Shown: in pieces, positions 1 through 10,204 of the stretch | How positions within the stretch are numbered: position 1 is the first letter of the stretch | Layout of the letters: every line of letters begins with the position of its first letter | Virus record (IMG/VR): IMGVR_UViG_3300045988_090162 | From: a virus | DNA: 64,000 nucleotides | Strand: one strand, 5' to 3' | Notes under the pieces: model-generated | Databases searched by the model: none | What the model saw: the letters and a program-made list of their open reading frames with translations, nothing else | Told to the model about the DNA's origin: nothing | Program-made: the position numbers and the translations under genes

Positions 1-700
1 CTTGCGTTCCTAGGCACTTTTAGCTATCGCCCGTTCTAGGGCCATTACAGGGCCGCACACGCGAAAAAAATTAACTTAGGTACCGAGCGATCCGAGCAAG
101 TGTTACCCTCGGCATTGTGAGGTACCTAACTATTATTTATGAAGATTCCGTGTTGGTTTTGTGAAAAGTCTTGACAGATCAGGAATTGTATGGTCCTCTA
201 TAATAGAGGAATACCATACAATAATACCATATTTGGGACTGCCGCCGCCGTTGCGCCTATATGGCGAAAATGTGTAGAAATGGGGCCTGCCAGCCCAGCG
301 CCCGCAAAATCCTAAAACGAAAGTCAATCATAAAATTAAATAAAAAAATCCCTCCCCGCCCTATATGGCGAGAAGGGACAGAACTAGCACCTACCAAGAG
401 AGCATTCTAAAATGAATTTTAATCGTTTTTGCGTACCCCTGTACGACACAAGAAAAATAAGTCTATCTCTCATGACTTCTACAGCCAATAGAAAGTGAGA
501 ATCAATCATAAAATAAGCTCACATAAACCAAGAGACAGAAGAAAAGAAGTGTGCGGCACATGCTTTTTGTAAGTGAAAATCAATGCGGAAATGTGACTAA
601 ATTAGTTACATTTAAAAAGTGTTTTTTTAATATATGTTTTTATTAAAGTGTAAATTACACTTTTCTGCCCAAAAATTTTGGCCGCATTTGAAAATTAATC

Positions 701-1060
701 TTATTTTACCTTGGGCTTACGCCTGCATGCCATAGACATTTCATACGTCTTGGAATTGAGAATGAATCGAATTTTACCATCATCGCCGACCTCGATGCCA
801 TGCGGGGAATCCTCCCAGTCACCGATGGTCATAGTAAGCTCTCCCAGTGCGTCAGCAATGGAATTCATAATCAATCGCTTTTCAGACACTTTTTTCTCCT
901 TTTTGTCTGTATCGGGCCTGTAGGCTGCATCATACTCTATACCATGCTCTAGCAGATAGAGGTTGGCCGCACTTGCCTGCTGTCTCTTGGACTCTATATA
1001 CTCGTCAGGAATCTCTATGGTATGCTCGTTACCTTTCATATCATAGCAAGTGTGCCGCAT
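701..1060 (-). CDS. hypothetical protein
   Basis: 119-aa ORF on the dominant minus strand; no recognisable motif. Confidence 0.4.
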   Translation of the reverse strand: MRHTCYDMKGNEHTIEIPDEYIESKRQQASAANLYLLEHGIEYDAAYRPDTDKKEKKVSEKRLIMNSIADALGELTMTIGDWEDSPHGIEVGDDGKIRFILNSKTYEMSMACRRKPKVK

Positions 1061-1164
1061 ATGCTTACTTCCTTCTATCTCTTGGAATAGGCCGGAAGTC
1101 TCGTCAAATGGACTCCACGACCCTTCTAATTAAAAAAAGTAGACCCTACTTATTAAATATTTCG

Positions 1165-1521
1165 CTACAGAGCCTTGTACGTGAAGGTCTTGCTGTTCAC
1201 TGCCACCTTCTCGGCACGACCGTCCTCAACGAGGAAACGCATGTTGGCCGCAACCTTGCGGGAGTTGACATCCTCGCCCATGTGCATGGCTACAGTCTTG
1301 GAGGTCGCAGGCTCGTCAAAAGACTTGAGAGCTGCGTAAATCTCGTCAAGGAAAGCCTGCTTCTCTGCGGACTTCTCAGCGTCCTTGGCACGCTTGCGCT
1401 CAATAGCCGCAAGCTGCTTATCGCAGAACTCTACAACGTCTGCGTTGTCGGACATAGCGGACTTGATGGTGTTGTAAATCTCAAACTGGGTCATGTTAAT
1501 CTTCTTTCTCTTGGAACCCAC
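1165..1521 (-). CDS. hypothetical protein (lysine/glutamate-rich)
   Basis: 118-aa ORF, minus strand, flanked by intergenic spacers. Confidence 0.45.
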   Translation of the reverse strand: MGSKRKKINMTQFEIYNTIKSAMSDNADVVEFCDKQLAAIERKRAKDAEKSAEKQAFLDEIYAALKSFDEPATSKTVAMHMGEDVNSRKVAANMRFLVEDGRAEKVAVNSKTFTYKAL

Positions 1522-1848
1522 GGAAGGTTTCTTATTCCCTCCCTTTCATTAATTATATTATACTATAAGTTTTCATTGGATGCAAGAATTTTTGCAAAAT
1601 GAATTTGGTTGTGAAAATGAAAATCGAAATGGAAATCGTTTTTTATTTGGAAATGAAATTCGTTTTTGTAGTTGGAATCGAAAATTAAAAAAAGGGTTTT
1701 GAGCTAAAATTTTTTTTCTTGACATTTATTTGCTGAACTGGTAAAATACCGCATTTCCATCCACTAAGTCATGTAATCATTTTTACCCTTATATGGACTT
1801 TCTCCCTGGCTTTTGGATTCTATTCCGAACCGACTCTGCACCATTTTT

Positions 1849-2493
1849 CTAGACTATATGGACTAATTTCCTAAACCTACAGTCCTGTTCGCCAGTCACT
1901 TTAGTTACCTTATATCTATATTCTATAACGCCCATATCAGACAACGCTTCGATTGCCTTACCGACATGTTTGCTTTTGGCACCGTGATCACTCACGCCAA
2001 GAGTATTACAGATAACCTTGTTGGTTATCTCAGGCTCTTTAAAAGAATTATCTATCGCTTTACAGGCACCATATACTCTCAGCACCATAACCAAATCTTT
2101 GCGGCCAATTAAATGGTCATATATCTTATCATACACCTTTTTATCTACTTTGGCAAATCTCCACCCTTCATCAAACTTATGTAGCCAATATGTCTTATCT
2201 TCTTTCATATCATATTCTAGCATATCAAATTTGCCCATGTCAATATCATTTACTTCGCTGGGGCTGTTTGCATGATTCAACACGGTATCTTCCAATTTGC
2301 GTACGCCGCGGCGAATGTTTCTGTCACTCATACCGACTTCTTGCGCCACATCCCACGGTATTACTTTTCCATCTACATAACTGACTGGCTTACCTTTCAC
2401 TTCCATAACCGAACAGTTGCGCTGAAACCAGAAATCTATAGCATATTCTGAATCACTCCAAGGTCTATCGAAAAATATCAATCTTTGCGGCAT
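1849..2493 (-). CDS. putative DNA-binding / replication-associated protein
   Basis: 214-aa ORF whose upstream region (2575-2757) carries an iteron array and AT-rich direct repeats; functional call is by context only. Confidence 0.4.
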   Translation of the reverse strand: MPQRLIFFDRPWSDSEYAIDFWFQRNCSVMEVKGKPVSYVDGKVIPWDVAQEVGMSDRNIRRGVRKLEDTVLNHANSPSEVNDIDMGKFDMLEYDMKEDKTYWLHKFDEGWRFAKVDKKVYDKIYDHLIGRKDLVMVLRVYGACKAIDNSFKEPEITNKVICNTLGVSDHGAKSKHVGKAIEALSDMGVIEYRYKVTKVTGEQDCRFRKLVHIV

Positions 2494-2644
2494 ATGGCAT
2501 CACTCTAAATTTCCATGACAATTTTCCATATGCTTTTGGAACTTTTCAAAACAAGTGTACGAACACGCGCAAGCGTGTTCAATAACAACTATATAACAAC
2601 TATATAGACAATTATAAAACAACTCTATAACAACTAATATAGGA

Positions 2645-2757
2645 ACACACGTTTTGTCCGGTTCCGACTCACGTTTTGTCCGCTTATAACTCACGTTTTG
2701 TCCGGTCCCGATACACATTTTGTCCGTTTTCAATACACGTTTTGTCCGTTGAACTTG
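2645..2757. repeat. iteron array: five direct copies of ACAC(G/A)TTTTGTCCG at ~22-nt spacing
   Basis: Direct repeats read at 2647, 2668, 2690, 2713, 2744; preceded (2575-2640) by about five copies of AACAACTATAT. Confidence 0.75.
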
Positions 2758-2805
2758 TTTCACTTGCATACCGTGTGTTGCCAATAAACTAACCATACAA
2801 ATCAC

Positions 2806-3417
2806 TTAACGCTTATTAAGCGCCAAACCCGTCAACTCAAATAACTTACAATGGGGATGCTTTTCATCTTTATAAGGCTTATACTCAATTAAACCTTTGT
2901 CCGCAAGCCATTCAACGTACTCTTGGGCAAGTTCCCGATTCTTTTTATTATATGGCATATAACACATATCGCAAACATTCTTCATAGAAAAAATATAATT
3001 ACGATGCTTAACGTCATGCTGATAATTATACATCTTGGCTAAGCAACAATAAGCAGTAGTAACCTGAGTAGCATAATCAATCGTCCATTCAAATGGAAAA
3101 TAGTTGAAGAGTAAAGCAGTCTGCTCTTCACCCAAAAGAACAAAATAACTATTATTGACACTATAATTATAATTATAATTATATAGCCCATTTTCTTCAT
3201 CAAACGGAATAATCATTTCATTCTTAATAGCATTTCTTATTAGTTCTTTAAATTCTTCCAAATCATTTCCACCACCACAAATAAAATAAATATCATCAAG
3301 GGTGAAACCATCACGACCATTCTTATCTGCCCAATCTGAATGAGACTGTGCCGCAAGCGAGATAAAAGGATTATATTCCTTGTCCAACAACTTCTTACCT
3401 AAATCTACTCTATACAT
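2806..3417 (-). CDS. hypothetical protein
   Basis: 203-aa ORF, minus strand. Confidence 0.5.
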   Translation of the reverse strand: MYRVDLGKKLLDKEYNPFISLAAQSHSDWADKNGRDGFTLDDIYFICGGGNDLEEFKELIRNAIKNEMIIPFDEENGLYNYNYNYSVNNSYFVLLGEEQTALLFNYFPFEWTIDYATQVTTAYCCLAKMYNYQHDVKHRNYIFSMKNVCDMCYMPYNKKNRELAQEYVEWLADKGLIEYKPYKDEKHPHCKLFELTGLALNKR

Positions 3418-3709
3418 TTCAAACTAACCTCTCTAATTAGAGCATCATAATACATTTATAGTATAACATACTTTCTTATATTTCGTCAAGTAAAAGAAAA
3501 GACCCACGGCCATAGGCCGCAGGTCTTTTACTACGCACTATTTAATTTTTCTATCCTTCTTTTGGATACAAATATATTCAGATTCCCAGTCTTCTTTATG
3601 GCACAGTTTCAAGCATGTCATACACATAATCCATAATTTTAAACTGCCAGTCAATCATAGAGTCTTTTCCTCTTGTATCGGAGAATAACGGATACATATT
3701 ATCACCTAC

Positions 3710-4069
3710 CTACTGAAGTCCATCAATTGCATCAATGCTAGAAAGAATAGTCTTACCATCTTCCTTAACCATATGACAGGCAAAAGGATAATCAGAGAAA
3801 TAGTTATCAGTTACAGGCAGATAGAGATAGTAATCATCCTCTTCATCTACGCCAGCGACCAAGACATTATCAATCAGGTCATACATAGTCGGCAGCTCAG
3901 TATCATTACACGTATCCCGATTGGTCGCAAGAATCTCAACCTGATAACCCGCGCACTTATAAATATAATACGCCGCAGATGCCACGAAATCCAAAGTCCA
4001 ATAGACGTTCTCATACTTCTCATTGGTCAACAGCATATGCATTCCTAATCCCAATCGTTGACAGTCCAA
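3710..4069 (-). CDS. hypothetical protein
   Basis: 119-aa ORF. Confidence 0.45.
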   Translation of the reverse strand: MDCQRLGLGMHMLLTNEKYENVYWTLDFVASAAYYIYKCAGYQVEILATNRDTCNDTELPTMYDLIDNVLVAGVDEEDDYYLYLPVTDNYFSDYPFACHMVKEDGKTILSSIDAIDGLQ

Positions 4070-4374
4070 TAGACGCTCAAATGACCGCCGGGCTTATTAT
4101 CATACTCGTCAGCATCATGCCAATAGTAATCACAGACACACAGACCAAGGTCCTCAAGAGTATTCTTGGCATCGAGCATTTCCTTCTCAGCTCCCTCGCA
4201 AACAACCCAATAGGCGCAACCAGCATAATAGTCCTTGCGCTCTTCAAGAAGCATATCGGCAGCAATGTTCACCAGAGGGGTGACTTCCTTCCAGAGCTTG
4301 TCGCCATTGACAACCTCATATGCCGCATCCAGAAGACCGTCAATCTGTGCAAGAATCGTCTCAACCTTGGTCAT
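4045..4374 (-). CDS. hypothetical protein
   Basis: 109-aa ORF; CCAAGAGA leader motif upstream at ~4390. Confidence 0.5.
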   Translation of the reverse strand: MTKVETILAQIDGLLDAAYEVVNGDKLWKEVTPLVNIAADMLLEERKDYYAGCAYWVVCEGAEKEMLDAKNTLEDLGLCVCDYYWHDADEYDNKPGGHLSVYWTVNDWD

Positions 4375-4467
4375 ATACTTTCTCCTTTCTCTTGGAATAC
4401 TTTATCTTATCCTCTCCCTTTCTCTATATATATTATATAATAATATAGAGCAGACCGCAAGAACTTT

Positions 4468-4758
4468 TTATAGGTCAATTTCCTCAAGAAACAGATGAAT
4501 ACAATACTTGCCGCCAACCTTGGCATAACTAAGACAATCCCAGTGTGCTTTATAGCCAAAAGACGTGATAATGTAATTGATAGCCGCAATCACATAATCC
4601 ATGTCACTCATGCAATTAGCAGGAATGTAGAAAAAATTAGGGCAATCTACATTCTCATGCATACGACAAATAACATCGACAGTCTTCGTGAGAATATTTT
4701 TATCCTTAATGCGGGCAAGAATAACATTAAGACGAAGGTTATCATATTTGTTGGTCAT
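4468..4758 (-). CDS. hypothetical protein
   Basis: 96-aa ORF. Confidence 0.45.
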   Translation of the reverse strand: MTNKYDNLRLNVILARIKDKNILTKTVDVICRMHENVDCPNFFYIPANCMSDMDYVIAAINYIITSFGYKAHWDCLSYAKVGGKYCIHLFLEEIDL

Positions 4759-4844
4759 TTGAATTCCTTTCCTTGCCTTTCTTTAATAATATTATATAAC
4801 ATTATTAAACAGACTGCAAGAAAAATCTTATGCGGCCAATGGCC

Positions 4845-5069
4845 TTATTCTTTCTTCTCTTGGATTACCTCACGCACAAGAAACACAGTTTCCCTTGCCG
4901 CATACAGAATCATACAGATACCAACGATAAAACCAATAACACATAGGACAGTGAAAATAAGCAGACTCATAGGAGAACTACCAATCAATGTCGCTAGTGT
5001 CATTATCATGTCCCCAACAGGAGAATATAAAAGACAAGACAGCGCATACTCCAACGATTGCACAAACAA
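4845..5069 (-). CDS. small membrane protein
   Basis: 74 aa with two hydrophobic helices. Confidence 0.4.
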   Translation of the reverse strand: MFVQSLEYALSCLLYSPVGDMIMTLATLIGSSPMSLLIFTVLCVIGFIVGICMILYAARETVFLVREVIQEKKE

Positions 5070-5311
5070 GACAGACAGCTCCTAACACTTCATCAATCAT
5101 AATCTTCATTATCATATGCATCAATTACATTGCCGAGCCAATCATAGAAAGTTTCGCCGCTACCGCTTTCAATCTTATTAACATAATCAACAATATTATC
5201 TATATCGTCAGTAGCACTAAGGGCATCTAAAATATCATCATAGATATAATCCATATAACCTCCAATAGCAAAAAGGAGAATAGATTTCTCTACTCTCCTT
5301 GTGCGGCCAAT

Positions 5312-6028
5312 CTAGTCTTCAAAATTCATTTCTTTTCGTTCTTGGCGCTCATAGTCTTGGCCGTCCTCGAAGCCTTCATTGTAACCATCTTCACGACCAT
5401 CTGCATAGCCAGTATCGTAACCATCTTGCCAACTGGTGACTTTATCGTTGTGTACATCGGTACAATATGTTTTCAAAACTTTGTTATATGCGCCAGCAGT
5501 CTGAAAATAATGTTTGGCAACACACGCATTAAAACCTGCGGACTCACTCCACACGTCGTTCTCAGCACACTTAGAGCGAGTAACCTTGCCGTCACGCCAC
5601 CACACGATAGTCCAAGGATTATCATACTTGACGCGCTTAATCATATTAACTGAATTTTGATTAAACTTACGGCTAATCTCTTCCTCATGCTTTTGCTTTT
5701 TCTTAGTTAGCTTCTCATAGCCCTCGATAAGTGCAGGATAAAGGAATTCAAGCAAATCATCATCAAGTTCCATATCCATAATATTGCCTGCATAATCAGT
5801 CGCATAATTAAACTTGGCAAGGAACTTGGCATTCAAAGAAGCAAGCTGATGTGCGGCTTTTGCGCACTCAGCTGTCTTAACATCTGAATTAGTCACAATA
5901 TTGTTCTTATAAAATGAACCATCAAAATCACTGCATTTTTCTACGCCTATACCGACACCAAGTGTACCCATACTAGTTCTCTTTACTAAAGTCCTTCTGG
6001 ACTTGCTCAAAATACTTATAAAAGTCAT
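5312..6028 (-). CDS. hypothetical protein
   Basis: 238-aa ORF with acidic DGY-rich C-terminus. Confidence 0.5.
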   Translation of the reverse strand: MTFISILSKSRRTLVKRTSMGTLGVGIGVEKCSDFDGSFYKNNIVTNSDVKTAECAKAAHQLASLNAKFLAKFNYATDYAGNIMDMELDDDLLEFLYPALIEGYEKLTKKKQKHEEEISRKFNQNSVNMIKRVKYDNPWTIVWWRDGKVTRSKCAENDVWSESAGFNACVAKHYFQTAGAYNKVLKTYCTDVHNDKVTSWQDGYDTGYADGREDGYNEGFEDGQDYERQERKEMNFED

Positions 6029-6395
6029 CGTTCAGCTCACACAACATTGCAATACGAATCCACGCATCAAACTTAGTAATTCCCTCTTGACCATGCCCAA
6101 CGAACTCATACCAAGGCACCTCATCACCATATTCACTTTCAAGCATTTCACGAATATCCTCGTCAGCGAACATATTCGCAATCTTCTCACCATCAGGCTC
6201 ATATGTCACAAGGAAGCAATCAGGATGTCCCGCAGATGAAGCGTTGCCAGTCACATCATCAGAATAATACATATCATCGAAGACCTCGCTCCAATCGGTG
6301 TCACCATCATAAGTGCCGTCCTCGAAGTTGGCAACAATAAAATTTTTTGCATCATCCTCAACCATGTTCTTGAAAGAAAGATAAATCCAACCCAT
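5973..6395 (-). CDS. hypothetical acidic protein
   Basis: 140-aa ORF, highly acidic; overlaps the downstream gene, so the true start may be internal. Confidence 0.45.
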   Translation of the reverse strand: MGWIYLSFKNMVEDDAKNFIVANFEDGTYDGDTDWSEVFDDMYYSDDVTGNASSAGHPDCFLVTYEPDGEKIANMFADEDIREMLESEYGDEVPWYEFVGHGQEGITKFDAWIRIAMLCELNDDFYKYFEQVQKDFSKEN

Positions 6396-6429
6396 TCTAA
6401 TTCCTCTCTTGGAGAACTAATATATCAGA

Positions 6430-6630
6430 TTAAAGGCTCTCAATACTGCCGACATAGCCCTCATAGACAAGATGATGCTCACGAAGGTTCTTGGCGGCAA
6501 CTTCAGCCATGATGCGGTCAAGCTGTTCAAGGCTCTTGAACATGCACTCAGTATACTCAATGCCGCAGAAGCGACCATCGCCCTCGTAGAACTTGTTGAA
6601 GATGATGTTAGCCTTCATGTACTTAGCCAT
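6430..6630 (-). CDS. hypothetical protein
   Basis: 66-aa ORF immediately downstream of a cassette promoter. Confidence 0.45.
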   Translation of the reverse strand: MAKYMKANIIFNKFYEGDGRFCGIEYTECMFKSLEQLDRIMAEVAAKNLREHHLVYEGYVGSIESL

Positions 6631-6663
6631 ATTGGAAAACCTTTCTTCCTTGCCATTTCTTTA

Positions 6664-6700
6664 ATTATATTATATAATAATGGAGGACGAACCGCAAGTA
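6664..6700 (-). promoter_or_regulatory. sigma70-like promoter of the cassette family (TTGC/TTGAC – N17 – TATATAAT)
   Basis: rc reads ...CTTGCGG-N17-TATATAAT then CCA..AAGG leader and ATG; same cassette recurs about 20 times. Confidence 0.55.
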
Positions 6701-6721
6701 TTTTTTTACTCTATTGGTCTA

Positions 6722-6934
6722 TTACAACTTCCTACCGCAGATGGGGCAAAAGTTAATATCAATCGAGCTTGCAGCAGATTCACCATATTCATCATCAATG
6801 CAAATGAACTTGCGCTGCGGATTTTTAAAGACATCACAAATGGTAATAGAATAGCCCTCGCCCTCAGAATATTCATCATCAATCATGTTTGCGCCAAATC
6901 GAGCATCATTGCTATACTCACAATACTTGCACAT
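6722..6934 (-). CDS. zinc-ribbon protein (CxxC...CPICGRKL)
   Basis: N-terminal MCKYC and C-terminal CPICGRKL; paralogue of 10541..10861. Confidence 0.5.
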   Translation of the reverse strand: MCKYCEYSNDARFGANMIDDEYSEGEGYSITICDVFKNPQRKFICIDDEYGESAASSIDINFCPICGRKL

Positions 6935-6982
6935 ATAAGAACTTCTTTCTCTTGGTTTATTTAATTATATTATATAACAATT

Positions 6983-7177
6983 TCAAACAGAACGCAAGAA
7001 CTTTTTTGGACTAATGACGCATAATAGGATAAAATAACCGTTGATAAAGTATTTGACCGCATTCTTGCCTGAGTCATATCTAAGAGCGTCATCAATCTTC
7101 ACTTCAAGAGTCTGAGAATAGTTCTCAGAGTCGGAATTTTTAAAAGACTTCCTTTTTACTTCGTTTAGTAAAATCAT
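6983..7177 (-). CDS. hypothetical protein
   Basis: 64-aa ORF. Confidence 0.35.
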   Translation of the reverse strand: MILLNEVKRKSFKNSDSENYSQTLEVKIDDALRYDSGKNAVKYFINGYFILLCVISPKKFLRSV

Positions 7178-7426
7178 AAATTACTTCTTAATAAGACAAA
7201 AGTTCCCAAGTATTGACGAGAAATGCTTCATTCGTATCGACCGCATACAGAAGGACATGACCATCGCCATAAATTTCTTCAATCTGGCAGATGATAAGCT
7301 TGCGAGTATAAGGATTAAGATACTGTACATAATCGTTGCGCTTCATATACTTTCCTTTCCCTCTTGGTATACTTATATTATATACTATTATTTCACCATC
7401 TGCAAGAAAAATTTTAGATATGCGGC

Positions 7427-7654
7427 TTAAAAAGCAGTCATATGATATAGCTGGTCAACTAAAAGATAAAAATAATGTCCAAGTATATCATTATCATACT
7501 CACAACGACTTGGCGGCAAAGTAATACTTGGATATACAACATCATTCGTGTTTACTTTATAAGTATTAAATACAACAACAAGACTGCCTTCCATTGGTTT
7601 TGTAGTCAAAAAAATACTACAATATCCCAATGGTTCTTTGTCATGTTTAGACAT
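7427..7654 (-). CDS. hypothetical protein, paralogue of 7803..8186 (possibly N-terminally longer)
   Basis: C-terminal motif VYP.ITLP..R.E.D.D.LG.YFY.L...LY shared with the neighbouring gene. Confidence 0.45.
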   Translation of the reverse strand: MSKHDKEPLGYCSIFLTTKPMEGSLVVVFNTYKVNTNDVVYPSITLPPSRCEYDNDILGHYFYLLVDQLYHMTAF

Positions 7655-7802
7655 AATTTCAAAAGAGCAGGACGTATCAAAATTATCAGCTTCATCTTTA
7701 TAAAACTTAATAACGCCAACTTCCCAACACGCGCTGTTTGTATTAAAGCAATAGACTTTTAAGGCATTGTAGATTTCTTTAAAAATATTTACACTTTTTC
7801 TC

Positions 7803-8186
7803 CTAATAAAAAACAGCCAAAGTATATAAATTATGTATCAAACGATAAAAATAGCGTCCCAAAACATCGTCAGTGACTTCATATCGATTTAGTGGCAAAG
7901 TAACTTGAGGATACACGTTGCCGGTTCCATAGACACTTTCCTTATATGCCTTAAATGAAACAGTCAAAGAATCAAAAGAAGTTTCTGTATTGATTAGAGT
8001 GATGCTACACCGACCAAAAGATTCTTGGTTATAGCTGGCAAGAATATCAAAAGTACAATACGAAATAAGCCTATTTTTGTAAAACTTTACATGACCAACC
8101 GTCCAACATTGAGTCCTATCAAGACTATGTTTTTTAATAGCATTGTAGATTTTCTCTAGAATATTTAAAGTATTTGAATCATTCAT
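7803..8186 (-). CDS. hypothetical protein (paralogue family)
   Basis: 127 aa; shares a conserved C-terminal block with 7427..7654. Confidence 0.5.
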   Translation of the reverse strand: MNDSNTLNILEKIYNAIKKHSLDRTQCWTVGHVKFYKNRLISYCTFDILASYNQESFGRCSITLINTETSFDSLTVSFKAYKESVYGTGNVYPQVTLPLNRYEVTDDVLGRYFYRLIHNLYTLAVFY

Positions 8187-8193
8187 AGCTCTC

Positions 8194-8592
8194 CTAATAA
8201 CAACTCATTAAAGTATCAACTTCATCTACAAAATCATAAACGTATTGACCAATAGAATCCCAGTCCTTGCCGCCATGGTACGGAATAACGAACTTTGCAG
8301 TTGAATTACCCATATGACGATTATACTTCCAAATTGAAGAATCTAGCTTGTGTTGCGTTTCCAAATTATTGTCAGTAATTACTAAATCATCAACAGATAC
8401 GCAACCTTTAAATGATTCATCATCAAGCCAAACCATATTGAAAAACACTTTGCTTGGATTAAGTTCATTTACAGAAATACATGCGGGTTTCCAATCAAAA
8501 TGACAAAGAGGACGCTCGCGGTATGCTTGCTCAACCTTGGCGGCATATTCAGTCAAGCTCTTAACAATTTCATCAGTTAGATAATAACTCAT
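8194..8592 (-). CDS. hypothetical protein
   Basis: 132-aa ORF. Confidence 0.5.
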   Translation of the reverse strand: MSYYLTDEIVKSLTEYAAKVEQAYRERPLCHFDWKPACISVNELNPSKVFFNMVWLDDESFKGCVSVDDLVITDNNLETQHKLDSSIWKYNRHMGNSTAKFVIPYHGGKDWDSIGQYVYDFVDEVDTLMSCY

Positions 8593-8594
8593 GA

Positions 8595-8996
8595 TTAATC
8601 CTTATCAAAATCATTTGCGGCCAATAGACAGTCAAGAACGTGCGCGGCATCCGCTACTTTCTCTAGAACTCCCACAACAGTCTCAGCATTATATCCTTCA
8701 CTGTCTCGAAAACATAGCACAAAATTGTAAGCAGCAGAATCGCTATCGTCCAAGCTACCACCGTTAGGATAGATGTGAATATTACAATCAGCAGTTTTAT
8801 CAGAAATATCAGAAGCGACTCGAACATAAAGTTTATCCTCTTCCTTCTTCACGATATTCAAGATATGCCAAGAGTACTTGACAACATTATCATACATAAA
8901 ATCGTGGATAAGCTGATTCATAAACTTATTCATCTTACATTCCCAACGTTTGGCAAATGGCGGCATAAACATATGCACACTCCATATAACCTGCAC
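8595..8996 (-). CDS. hypothetical protein
   Basis: 133-aa ORF, tightly packed with its neighbour. Confidence 0.5.
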   Translation of the reverse strand: MQVIWSVHMFMPPFAKRWECKMNKFMNQLIHDFMYDNVVKYSWHILNIVKKEEDKLYVRVASDISDKTADCNIHIYPNGGSLDDSDSAAYNFVLCFRDSEGYNAETVVGVLEKVADAAHVLDCLLAANDFDKD

Positions 8997-9311
8997 TATA
9001 TACTATCAATTCCTCAACATCGTCACTGCCGAGTGCGGCAATAACGAATAGCGGCGCATATTCAAAGCCCTTATAATTAACATAAGCCGTAACAGTCACA
9101 TGCTTATCACAAAAGAATAAGTATAAGTCTGCTCGTCCATACTTGCAATTGCCACATCCTCATGGCACATACGCATCACATGGTTGACGCTGGCAAAAAC
9201 CTGATTGATAGTCTGCTTGAACTTCTTGCTGCTCTGGGTCATGTTTTATCCCTTCCTTGTCTTTCTTTATATATATTATATAATAATATAAGACTGGCCG
9301 CAAGTATAAAA

Positions 9312-9746
9312 TTATCGGTAGAGCATCTTAATTGCCATGTCGATAATGTCATTCATGTAGATGCTACCGACCTCGCATTTATAATCCTCTATATTAAACT
9401 CTAACGAATCGCAACCATCATAGAACAAAAAATGTACCCGACCAATAGCCCAGTCAGGGTCACGCTCAATGTACTCTTCAAAACAACTTATTGCGCAAGA
9501 GCAAAGAAGCTGATTGTCTGCCTTTTGCCGCACATCGAATGATACCACATTATCATGCTCTTTAGGTTTACATGTTTTCCAGTTATACATATCACCATCA
9601 CTGCACTTACCATGAATGGTATCAAACAAAATCTTAGCGCTCTTCATTCTATTTCCTCTCTTGGAAAATAAAAACAGGGGCTTGCGCCCCTGTTTACAAT
9701 TAATATAGAGACAACTTGTTCTCTGGTACGTAAACGGTAGAGCCAT
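9312..9746 (-). CDS. hypothetical protein
   Basis: 144-aa ORF. Confidence 0.5.
   Translation of the reverse strand: MALPFTYQRTSCLYINCKQGRKPLFLFSKRGNRMKSAKILFDTIHGKCSDGDMYNWKTCKPKEHDNVVSFDVRQKADNQLLCSCAISCFEEYIERDPDWAIGRVHFLFYDGCDSLEFNIEDYKCEVGSIYMNDIIDMAIKMLYR
9670..9700. terminator. bidirectional rho-independent terminator
   Basis: AAAAACAGGGGCttgcGCCCCTGTTT, GC stem with A/T runs on both sides. Confidence 0.6.
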
Positions 9747-9939
9747 TCAGATACTTAACGAGGACTGTTCCGTTGCTATTGAAGTGCAAAATCTTAACAA
9801 CACTTACAAGACCAGCAGGACTAGTATAGGTAACATAATCTCCAACAGATAGCTTAAGCATCTTCATTCTCTTCCTCTTCGTCTGTGTCTTCAATCCACT
9901 CATGGTCTTCATTGAGGAACCCGGCTTCTTCCAAGTCAT
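9700..9939 (-). CDS. hypothetical protein
   Basis: 79-aa ORF. Confidence 0.4.
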   Translation of the reverse strand: MTWKKPGSSMKTMSGLKTQTKRKRMKMLKLSVGDYVTYTSPAGLVSVVKILHFNSNGTVLVKYLNGSTVYVPENKLSLY

Positions 9940-10141
9940 ATTTCATATAGAACCAAAGATAATCGTTAATATCAGTCTCAGTGCGGGCTTCGTCCTCTTC
10001 ATAGAAATACAACTCAGCTTCTTCAAGTCGGTTAACGATATAATCGTAAGCCTTTGGATGGTCAATCAACTCTTCCAACCAAGTCTTGCCGCCAGACCAT
10101 GCTTGAAAACGATTAAGTTCACGTTCGACAACGTAACGCAT
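9854..10141 (-). CDS. hypothetical acidic protein
   Basis: 95 aa with an acidic EEEENEDA tail; cassette promoter at 10172-10205. Confidence 0.45.
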   Translation of the reverse strand: MRYVVERELNRFQAWSGGKTWLEELIDHPKAYDYIVNRLEEAELYFYEEDEARTETDINDYLWFYMKYDLEEAGFLNEDHEWIEDTDEEEENEDA

Positions 10142-10204
10142 ATCTTTCTTCTTTCTCTTGCCTTTCTTTAATAATATTATATAATATTAAAGAGTGTAGG
10201 TCAA

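Noticed and set aside
1-700. Protein-coding genes in the first 700 nt (e.g. 133..327 minus)
   Set aside because: There is no convincing ORF with an RBS. The region is spacer-like, with repeated motifs (GCCTATATGGCGA, GTCAATCATAAAAT).
2500-2805. 101-aa minus-strand ORF from the track
   Set aside because: It lies entirely over the iteron and AT-repeat array, and its protein sequence is low-complexity (CTCFEKFQKH...). Almost certainly non-coding.
3773-5230. Plus-strand ORFs (3773..4048, 3979..4440, 4495..5085, 4988..5230) inside the leftward block
   Set aside because: They run antisense to better minus-strand ORFs, have no RBS or promoter, and have low-complexity Ile/Leu-rich translations typical of AT-rich antisense frames.
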